Positions 26,685 to 37,375 of a stretch of 64,000 nt of DNA are shown here, one piece after another (the first letter of the stretch is position 1; each line of letters opens with the position of its first letter). A model generated the notes under the pieces. The model had not been told where the DNA came from and did not search any database. It saw only the letters and a list, made by a program, of their open reading frames with translations. The position numbers and the translations under genes were made by a program. Source of the stretch: Trichoplax adhaerens (lineage: Eukaryota; Animalia; Placozoa). Location: the NCBI RefSeq assembly GCF_000150275.1, contig NW_002060979.1:218612-282611 (forward strand), given 5' to 3'.

Positions 26685-29600
26685 TTAATCACTGTTATTT
26701 GAACAAGAATTACTAATGTAATCGACTTGGTGAACCGTATGAGTAGCAGTATGACGTAGTAGCTGTTGCCGAGTTTTATTAACATCGACACGCTTTCCAT
26801 CGTCCAAAAATATTTTTAAGAGTCTTTCACTTTTTTCTGATGGTTTATCCTTATAATAAATGGATAGAATATTTACGATCACTCACAGCTGAAATTAACT
26901 TCTAACCATATTCCATGATCATTATCTAAGGTATACTTGAATTTGAATACAAATATGAACTAATTATCCTTTACCTGGTCAAGAATACGACCATCACTTA
27001 GTACATTGTTGACCAGTCTAGATGTTTTGTAAGAAAGATGCCACTGACGGCAACGTTGTGATAATTTCTTCCATAACCAAGTATTTTCTAATTCCATGGG
27101 ATTTCTTAATAAAGTCAAATATGTTTCGCCATCTTCTAATAACTGCAGCCTAATTGCAATCATTCAAGGCGTACATTAAAGGCGTGTACAGAGTTAAGAT
27201 GGAATCACGACAATTTTATCAGAAAATTATTGAAATCATATTAAAAACTTTATAGCTTAAAATTAGGTAGTACTCGCAGTCAGTTTATGCAAGTAAAAGC
27301 AGCTGATATTAGAAGTTAATTTATTGTTGTTAAATTACATTATACAGTATGCGAAGATTTATATAATAATATGTGCTGGAAAGATCATAGTATCGCGCAT
27401 AGTTTTTGTATTTTATATTTTTTATATATTTCAAATGTCTATTTATAAATTAGTAACCTGGTCCACAATATTTACCTTGCCATCATGATACCATCAACAT
27501 GAATCACATAACCGTTATCATAAGGCAGAGTGAATGGGTACATCAGAAGAATCTAATTAAAAAATAGCCATAGCGGAAAAGAAAACAAATTTTAACAAAA
27601 ATAATAACTGAATGTCTTAGTAATAGGGTTAAGTTCATGGAGGCTCGTACAAAGATTGACAGAAATAACTAATAGAGTAATAAAACTGGTTAAATCGTAT
27701 AGCAGTTACTAAGAAGAGGCGGGATCATAGCATATTAGGTCTAGCTACTATATCTCTAATAGTATTAGCCATGCCACCAAATGGAGTGATTGTAAGTGTT
27801 ACCTCTGAGTCATATTTTACTGGAAAAATTTGCTCTTTGTATTTATCTCGCTCTTCCAAATACCTAATAAAACAATTTCAATTGCAATTGTATGACATTC
27901 AAAGTTAAACTAATAAAATACATAATGCCTCATATTATGAATGATATGTCAGAATTATGCTGTAGCATTAATGATATTTCATATAGATTACCTGGTAGGT
28001 CTTATATTTTCTCCTAGTCTCAGTTGTGCGCTAGCAATTTTCCCTTCGGCAGCCTGAATGTAGTGTCATCATTGTACTTATTAGTCATATTATTTAGACC
28101 TATTAATAGCTATGATCGTATATAAAACTACGAAATTTCATGAAATATAATAAAACAAATGAACTGGACCAACAAGAGAAAATTGATTCTATTTTATCAC
28201 TCTTACATGAAGCTGACAGGAGACGTAACTAAAATTTACTGGTCTCAGCCAAATGATTTCGTCAACAGCGTAGATTATATAACTGTAGAGAACATCAATT
28301 ACTTAACCATTATTCTATCATTAATTTTAAATTTGATAGAGATAAAAGTATGACATCAGATTAACACGAAAGTTGTTGACATTACTGTGCTGTTGAATTT
28401 TGTAAAATTTCATAAACTTTTTGGCCAAATTGTGAAGGCTTTTCTTCTATTGGCTGTATGCTAAAATCAGTTCTATTCTTTAAACAGGTGAAACACCTTT
28501 GATATCTAAAAAAAAATACAAAAATAAAAATAGTTATAAAATAGAGGTTAAAACGTATATTTATTTCTAATGATCAGTGATTAGCTGGACATTGTAGGAC
28601 ACAACAGAGCTGGACTGCAACTTGCCCCTTTTGAAAATTTTCATTATCAGCACGATATAAGATCCAAACTTTGTCTAATCCAGATGCAATCTGATTTAAA
28701 CTTTCGATAAACGATAGCGTCTGCACAGGTCGATTCCTCGTAAACAATATTAACTCTGATACTAGTCTTTATCCATTACATATATAAATAAATAAATACT
28801 AGTTTAATTATATTAGTCGCCTTTAGTGAATTACGTATATCCTCTATTATAGCAAATCAAGTAAATGCTAAATTTCTTCTTAATGTTCTAGCAGCAACCT
28901 TCTATCGTTGCAATTTGGAGGCTTATTACTTTGAGTAGTTGTAGGAAACGGGGGAAACTTTACAGGAGATCGTCCAGTTACTTTCGGTGATTTGATGATT
29001 GTAACGGTTTCTTCTATCTTGATTCGCCATTTCTTTTTATATTGGCACATACTATCTTTGTATTCACCTAAAGACTCCTTAATATGGTAGAAATAATAAT
29101 AATGAATAGTTTACGTGGTTGACGACATTTAATACCGTAATAGCACAAAGCATTCTTTTCTACAACTGTTGAATTACCTGGCGCCCATCTTCAATGATTA
29201 TAATGTCCTTTTTCTTGGCATAGGTTAGACAAGCTGATAACATGGTCTTGATATTACTAATAAATTTAAGGACAAATATTAGATATCTAAAAAGAATATA
29301 TTTTGCATTTTAGAGGTGCATACTGTTGCGATTGATCGCGCGTAGGAATCCAAAACAACATTGGATCGCTCCTTTCACTTCTGACCTAGATGTTGAATTA
29401 TAAATATTATTAAGTCCGGAGCAAGAAAAGAATAAGTTGTCTTGCATCGTCATAAAGTTTGTCATAATAGTGGATTCATAAGGATATATCTGTATAAATA
29501 ATTTAATTGAAATACCTGTTGAAGGAGGCTGGTTATATTTTTTCCGTATCTTTCCGTTGTTATTGAATTTATTGATCGTAATTTATCTTGGTGACTATTA

Positions 29601-30595
29601 TCTAAAATTTAATAAGGCAACTTAGTACATATTTTTTAGGCTTAATTATCAGCAATTACTAATTCCTTAAATAGTTTCCTTAATTCCTTTGTCTGCTTGA
29701 AATCTGTAGGCAATTTTGGATAACTACAATATACTGTTAAGCAATTGGTAAATGAGCGCAAAATGCAACTCATGAAATCGATACTAACCTGACTTCAGGA
29801 TTATGTTGGCATCCAGATGTGACATGATATTAAATAAAGGAAACTAACGAATTTATACAATAAAAGTATAATTTTACCTTATGAAAGAACAAGTACCATT
29901 TGTATTCGAAAGATAAATTCTAAATTAAAATTTAAGTTATTAACATACCAAACCACCAGAGTAGAATTCTATTAATACCATTGTACCGTATAATGCAGCC
30001 ATCTTTTCCACGATAACATATTGCGGGCGACTGGAACTAGAAGTATGTAACATAGATTTAATTATTGCACATACAGTAACTGGATAAACAGATTGTAAAA
30101 TCAATTATTTACTACTTTTGATTATTAGCTCTTACTACGCTGTACTTTCGGTTTCAATAATAAGAGCATCATTACATCCGAATCCACTCATATCTTTTTT
30201 CACCATTTTCTTACTTTTTGATGTTTTCTTTATTGTTTGGTCGACAGTTTTACCGTTATTGTCATTTTTTACTTCAATATCATTCTTAGTTTGTTTTGTA
30301 TTCCGTTTCGAGTGGTAGACTTCCTTTACTTCTTTGGTGTGAAATATCGAATTTAAGAATACATCGATAGGTAAAAATTCACCATGAGTTGCTGACCTAC
30401 GTTCATACGTCAGTAATAAAAACTTATTCTAGTTTTGCTGACAGTTAAGGTTAATAATTATTAAGATCTTATAGTTTCTGGTAGTTATCAGATGCTTTGA
30501 ATTTTGGGATATAATTAGAAAATAATGAAGAGACTGGATACGGCAGAATTATTTTTGATAAAGAGGCTATACCTTCGTTGCACAGTAATTGCCAT
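26685..30595 (-). CDS. Uncharacterised multi-exon protein (about 15 small exons); 5' end uncertain
   Basis: A chain of short open exons bounded by GT-AG, e.g. SATHGEFLPIDVFLNSIFH (from 30396), SSRPQYVIVEKMAALY, YLEERDKYKEQIFPVKYDSE, ILLMYPFTLPYDNGYVIHVDGIMMAR, LQLLEDGETYLTLLRNPMELENTWLWKKL, and the last exon DKPSEKSERLLKIF...SNNSD-stop. Not every junction was resolved and the family was not recognised. Confidence 0.6.
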
Positions 30596-30651
30596 TTACA
30601 ATAGCTAGGTTTATAACAGTGAGGGGGCTCAAGGGCTAAGTGCAATCACTT

Positions 30652-33633
30652 TTACCTGCTTAATATCTCAGAGTTTCCAGTACTTGGTGTGTCCACAGCA
30701 AATACATGGGGTAGAACAACGAATTCGAATCCAGTTGCATGGACCTCATGAGCATAGGCACATTTATCACGACCATAACTATCAAAAGTAAGTCAATTAT
30801 ATCAACATTATGATATAATAAAATCAGAAATTACAAGTTATAATTTATAATTGTGCTAGCATATCAAGCGAGTGAATTTACAAAAGGGGAAATTCTTTAA
30901 AATATTAAAATTAGTTCCGATCAAAATGTGAATAAATTAAATGATTAATTGCATAGAATTGAATTTACTTCTTAGCACACAATTGATACTAATTTAACTG
31001 TCAATACCCCGGTATGGCCAGTAATTGTCACACGAAGATATTGGAAAATAATAAATTTTACAATCGCTATTAGGTAATTCTAGAAGTGACAGGATTAAAT
31101 TTTTAAGTTACACGAACTTCATATACAGAATATAAACCATCTAAGCGGTCAATAAACTACTTAAAATCATAAAATATAAAGTTACCTAGTATTTTATAGC
31201 TTGAACAGTGCTAACAGAAGATTTAACCGAGATTGATAACACTCATTTTGATCAATTTACAGACGAAATCTATTTATGTATTGTATAATGTACCTTACCC
31301 AGAGAATATGTTATTAATATTAGGGGATAACTTTCTGTTAATGATGAAGTATGGCTCGTTATTTTCTCTACAATTGAGAGCATAGAGCATACATTATCAA
31401 CAAATATGATTGCAAAATTTAAATACCATTATACTTATATCTTGATATAATCATAAATGTTAGGGTTAAGAACCTATACATTATAGTGTATAACATTTAA
31501 TATTTACAACACGCCTGCAAACACAGGAAGTTAGTACGTTACAGTAACAGTTTAAGAACGACACTAATGTCATTTTAATGAGTTTACTCACATATAGTTA
31601 GATTTAAATGCAGATGAACTACTGAACCAAATACCAAATTGAGTCATTGCATGAGAGACAGCATGAAATGGTTCAATAGGAGGATTATCCTTGCGAATCT
31701 GTTCAAGCAGGACATTTTTTTCTCTAGGAATGTCATTATCTACTGCATCCGTTTTCAGCTGTGATAGTACAACGTAACTGAGATTAGCTGCACTAATAGC
31801 TATCAACGGCTGCATAATACGTAGCCATAACAGCCTTTGTACATAAATCTTGAATAAATTCTTGGGATATTTTACCTTCATGATACGATTTTATTAAGAA
31901 AAACAATCTATTTGCTTTCTTCCATATTTACTGCGAAGCTTACCTTGAACAATGGAGTAATAAAAGCGCATTTTTGACAAACTTTGATATTATGCTCTCT
32001 GTTATTAATATCATGACTGGCTTTCATTATAGCAGCAACCGCTTGTTCGTGTGAAACGGAAGGGATTATATCAATATCGAGAAGATAGACATGTGACGTT
32101 TTACTAAATTTGATAGCTAAATTTCTTAAGAAGTTCACAGGATAGAGTGCGCTATCTTTTCCGTTTAATGCATCCTAGAATATGGCAAGGCCATAAATGT
32201 TATCAATGAATATTCTTGCCTTAAAAAATCTATAGATTGGTTGGGATATCTATGTGTTTAGGTTAAAGAGTTTATACAGTATTGTAGCGAGAAGCGATTT
32301 TTTAGTTTAAATTGCATGATTAGACGATCCTTGGTATTTTAGAATTATTAAACTTACTTCAAATACAATGTGTAAATCAATAAATTTTCGAAAATCGTCA
32401 ACTTGATGATACTTTCCAAGTACTTGTTGTAGATGATCTTGAACAGTAACCCCACTTATGTCATTGAGGACGAACAGGACAACAGATATTGGGCCTTGCC
32501 AACGTTGTACCTACACGTATAATAAAGCAAGAAGGTAGTTGAACATCAAGCTAGATTTCGCATCATTGAATTCTCTATCTCTTCAAAATGTATTTAGGAT
32601 TTAAGATGCAACTGAATAATTGTTATTGATTTTACTATGAAAGCTGCTATAATATGTTAGGATTTTGTTAACGCTCATACCAATCTTTCTAAGGTAGGTA
32701 GCCGGTCGATTGTCATTTGAGTTGCAATTGTAATAAATGGATCCTTGCCGCTAGTCTTTTTGTGCAAAGTAAATTCGGATATCTGAAATCTTTTCCATGT
32801 ATGTCGACGGACAGGAAAGGAAGATTGTTCAAAATGACAGTAATCCATTTTTTGGCTATCATTACTTCTCTTAATGATGTTTAGCGAGATGTCGTCTATG
32901 TATAAATTTTCTTGACACTGGGGATTATGAAGTTGGTACATGATAGATATCATAATATGTCGCACTGATTTATATAAGGGAATATGCAAACAAAATGGCT
33001 GAAAAGTATCCTTTGTTACTGTGCCGGATTCATTTTTTTTATTTTGCAGTCCGCTGTATCGAACTTGATGGTAAGAGTTGTCGGTATATCTAAAAAATGA
33101 AAAATTACAATTTTTGTTTATTAGCTCTACTTTGAATTTATACGCATATTGAGTAATTGATTAAAAAGTTCAATATCGACTTTTTTAGAATTTTACATTT
33201 TATGTCCCTACCTAATATAGATCATTAATTTCCAACATGAACCTTTGCCTAAATACCAATGGTGATATAGTATATGAATTCCATCAGTAGAACTTTGATC
33301 AAAAGATAGAAATTGCGTGGCTACAAGCATAGGCGTATAGCCTTGTGATGGCTGTTGTAAAGTTGACGATGATGTAAACATTAAAGAACGATTGCCATGA
33401 TGAGCGTGTGCTGATGTTATGCTTATTGACTGATTGTTGTTGTCATTGTCGTTGGGTTTTATTGCTTTTAGATCCCATAATGATTGACGATGCTGGAAAG
33501 TCCAATGATTGCTAAGAATATCTTCAAACGAAGGATTCGAGACTAAATTATTAGCGGTAATAGGCCAGCAATTGTTGAAAAGGATGCAAATACATACAAT
33601 GCCAACGGTAGTACGAACTTGAATTGTTGCCAT
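30652..33633 (-). CDS. Glycosyltransferase family 49 (LARGE C-terminal / B4GAT1-like) with N-terminal signal and CBM4/9-like galactose-binding-fold domain
   Basis: GT49 motifs across exons: ITIATQMTIDRL, WQGPISVVLFV, YPVNFLRNLA, LLDIDIIPS (DxD), AFITPLF, EPYFII, YGRDK, GFEFVVLPHVFAV. The N-terminus has a hydrophobic leader followed by NLVSNPSFE...AHHGNRSL...LYIDDISL. Exon 1 is 33633-33212 and exon 2 starts at 33089. Confidence 0.85.
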
Positions 33634-34379
33634 TGTTATTACGGCTCTCTTTCCAGGTCGTTGCTACTTTATCTAGAAATGAGTGAGAATCAAAGACGTG
33701 GAGATCATTAATATTAACGTCTTAATTTAATTCATATTGACTCCATATCAACTGCATTGAATATATTAGTAGTAGTAACGGATGAATTCTATCCAACAAG
33801 CTTAAAGTATACAGTGCTGCATTATAACGATGAAGATATACACTATAGATTATAGATTTTACTTTAGGATGTAAACGGGAACTTGCAAGTTAATGAATTT
33901 ATAACTATATTTGCTGGAGGAGCTCGTCGGATTCGATTAGATACTAATGCAGTATAAATGCCACTTTATTTTACGCTTTATTTACAATCAGTTACTCCTA
34001 CTTGTTATATCATGATTGAGCAGATGCAGCTCGAACCTAGAGACCCTCATATCTACTTCAAATTGACGAAGGGGATTGTTATAAAGATCGATGAGAAGTA
34101 TTCATTGTCGTGATCAACTGTATGCAAGTATGTCATACAGTTTTATGTTGCAGATATTTACTTAACAATCAGCTACTGAACGCTGTAGATTGATAATTTT
34201 ATAATAACATGTCAAAATAAACAGAAATTTCTCATGCGTCGAGATTCATATCTCTGTCTTAAGCAAGCATCGTACGCTATCATTAAAGACTACAAAATTC
34301 TTGATAACGTAGTGATGATTAAGTGTCATTCGCTGGAGTAGTAAACAGTATACAAGAATCCTTTTATTATTATTTCCGT

Positions 34380-34965
34380 ATTATAATAAACACAAACATC
34401 TCAGAGCTATATATTCTTCCCTCTTTTCCAAGCAAACGAGGCAAGTTTATTGTGGAGATCATGAAGAACCATTTACTGTATCAATAGACAGCATACAACC
34501 CTACGGTGTTATTTTATGTTGCAAGCCAATGCAGTAAATTTATTGTGGAAATTATCAAGTACTATTTACTGTATCAATAGCCACCATACAACTATACTAT
34601 CGGATGTTATTTTATGTTGCAATTATTTACTACCGGAATCAGCTATCTTTTCTATGGGCAATTTTATAATTGCATGTCATGATCGTCACAAAATAGCTAC
34701 TAACTCTTTCCCTCTCTCTCAAGTAAATACAACAGGTTTCTCGATGGAGATCATCAAGCCTAGTTTACTGTATTAGTAAACACTATACTACTATATCATG
34801 CTATTTTATGTTGCAATTTACTTGCATTAAATATCAGCTACCCAACCCCTCTATGAAGACTTTCATTATTGCATGTTGTCATAAACACAACACAAACATT
34901 TCAAAGCACAGACTCTTTCTTCTCCCTTAAGCCAAGGTAGCCGGGTTTATCTTGGAGATGAATAA
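34380..34965. repeat. Degenerate direct repeats (3-4 partial copies)
   Basis: Recurring blocks ctcttt/ttcttccctct...caag...tttat(t/c)(g/t)tggagat...tttactgtat...tattttatgttgcaa occur near 34400-34525, 34525-34622, 34700-34815 and 34880-34960. Confidence 0.7.
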
Positions 34966-35255
34966 CGATAACAATCACTTAAGGCTTCCATGAACAATTC
35001 AAGTTATTGTGTCGTCATAAAATCAGTCATTACTACTAACAGCAAGATACTAGTATGATACTATAGTTCAATTGTGCTTAATCGACTCAGCCCAAGTCCA
35101 AGAGGTTAGCTTGTACAAGTATTGCAGCTATTGGTAATTCTACTGTTTACTGTACAAGTGTAGAGTACATCGTTTCCATTGGATGCATTTACTTTAGCCA
35201 GGTCAAGAATTTCTCACCTTACTTGTTGAATGAATTGGTTACTAGACCAGTTTAA

Positions 35256-35789
35256 TTGATTCCACTGTTGGCTAATTTGTTATGCTTGATCGCCTTGACG
35301 GGAGCAAAGTACAATGTTGATGGCACTAACTCCTGATCAACTGTACTGTAGGCGAGAGGATTGATTCTACTGTTGGCTAATTTGTTCTGCTTGATCGCCT
35401 TGACGTGAGCAAAATACAATGTTGATGGCACTAACTCCTGATCAACTGTACTGTAGGCGAGAGGATTGATTCCACTGTTGGCTAATTTGTTCTGCTTGAT
35501 CGCCTTGACGTGAGCGAAATACAATGTTGATGGCACTAACTCCTGATCAACTGTACTGTAGGCGAGAGGATTAATTCCACTGTTGGCTAATTTGTTCTGC
35601 TTGATCGCCTTGACGTGAGCAAAATACAATGTTGATGGCACTAACTCCTGATGCTGATCAACTGTACTGTAGGCGAGAAGATTGATTCCACTGTTTGGCT
35701 AATTTGTCATGCTTGATCGCCTTGACGTGAGCAAAGTACAATCTCGATAGCACTAACTTCTGATGCTGATCAACTGTACTATAGGCGAG
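35256..35789. repeat. Young tandem repeat, 105-bp unit, about 5 near-identical copies
   Basis: tc(c/t)actgttggctaatttg recurs at 35261, 35366, 35471, 35576 and about 35686. The last units carry a 6-bp tgatgc duplication. Confidence 0.95.
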
Positions 35790-36109
35790 TGCAGAAGTAC
35801 ACTGTGCTGTCGTCGCTGTTTTGAAGCTATAAAGTACTGCAGTACTGTATCTCTATGGTTACACGATTTCTTTCACCTCTAAACTGAGCAGTACCTCCAC
35901 TCCAGGTAGTACTGTATTGAAGTTTTGCTCAGTGAAGAACGATCAATGAAGTGTGCAGTATAGTAGATTACCACTATTCTACAACATAGCAGTATATATG
36001 TCCAAGATGGACATTGTACATCATTCTTAGCAAGTTCTATTCATGCAATCTATCGATATAGCTAAAATGTTGATTTCAGGAATAGGAAGATTCTTGTCTG
36101 GCTACTGAA

Positions 36110-37090
36110 TCGACACGACACGATCGGTCATTGAACTGTTTGCTGTTACAGTACACTGTACTGTGGTATAGTACTGTAACAGTCCATAGTACTGTACTGT
36201 ACTGTACAGTACTGTACAAAGAGGTCCAAAAAACCCAGTTAAAACCTCTTTACTTATAGTACTGTGTACTGTACTCTACAATGTACAGTATGTACAGTAC
36301 AGTACGTACAGTACTGTATTTTGGGGGAGTTGTCTGTACAGTACTGTACACTGTACAGCACTGTACGCCCCCTCCATCATCAACTCATCTGTGGTGTGCA
36401 AAATGAACTGTTGTTGTACAGTTCATCTATCTCATTTTAATTAGAGGCCACGATCGGTCCTTGAACTGTTTACTATTACTATTTTTACAGTACTGTACAG
36501 TGTGGTACTGTACCCTACTACAGTTCACGGTACTGTAGTGTATAGTATACTGTACTGTAGTACAGTACTGTAACTTCATCTATACTCTGTAGATTCTACA
36601 GTACAGTACTGTACAGTATCTCATTTTAATTACAGTACAGTACAGTAGAGGCCACGATCGGTCCTTGAACTGTTTACAGTACTGTATAGTACAGTACTAT
36701 GCACTGTACAGTGCGGTACTGTACCCTGCTACAGTACACAGTACTCTAGTGGACAGTACGGTATACCGTAGTACAGTACTGTAACAGCCCATAGTACTGT
36801 ACTGTACTGTACTGTACTGTACAGTACAGTACAGTGCGCAGTACTTGGACACAGTACAAAGAGGTACATTGTACAGTACTATGTACAGTGCGGTACTGCA
36901 CTCGGGTACAGTATACAGTACAGTAGTGTTACAGTACAGCACTGTAACAGTCACTAGTACAGTACAGTACAGTTGTACAGTACTTGGGGGAGTAGTACTG
37001 TACTGGATGTCTGTACGTCCCCTCCTTCATCAACTCATCTGTGGTGTGCAAAATGAACTGTTGTCATAGTTCACCTCCTATCTCATTGTC
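36110..37090. repeat. Compound GTAC/ACTGTACAGT low-complexity repeat with duplicated unique cassettes
   Basis: Dense actgt/acagt/gtac runs. The cassette cacgatcggtc(a/c)ttgaactgttt occurs at about 36119, 36449 and 36652. The cassette cctcc(a/t)tcatcaactcatctgtggtgtgcaaaatgaactgttgt occurs at about 36370 and 37021. Confidence 0.9.
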
Positions 37091-37375
37091 TGTATGAAGG
37101 TGACGATCGTGGGGATGACAGAAATTTTGCACACTATGAGGAATCAGACTTTCATTGTTGTTGTTGTTTAGAGGTAATCTTGAATCGTGGACAATTTTAA
37201 CCAAATGGCGCCGCTTGTGCTACGTTAAAAGAAATCGTGATTGACTGTCTAATTTCAGGCGTTGTTTTATTACTATCAAGGGTAGCATTCATCATTGGTA
37301 TCAATTTAATTCTTCCCTGATATCGTTTAGTTGTTGTTGCTCAACGTAGATAACGGTTCATGTACGTAGGATGCC

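Noticed and set aside
27477-27555. Resemblance of ILLMYPF...LQLLEDGE to the start of SENP/ULP protease domains
   Set aside because: No following ND-x-I, His-Trp or Gln-x-Asn-x-x-Asp-Cys catalytic motifs were found.
34020-34050. B-box-like GGTTCGAGC on the - strand (possible tRNA/SINE) near GTF3C1
   Set aside because: No A-box, no cloverleaf and no paired T-stem. A single short motif is expected by chance.
35256-35789. Tandem array as a CRISPR locus
   Set aside because: The units are head-to-tail with no unique spacers, there are no cas genes, and the context is eukaryotic.
36697-37069. ORFs rich in Y/S/T/V/C
   Set aside because: These are by-products of the GTAC low-complexity repeat.
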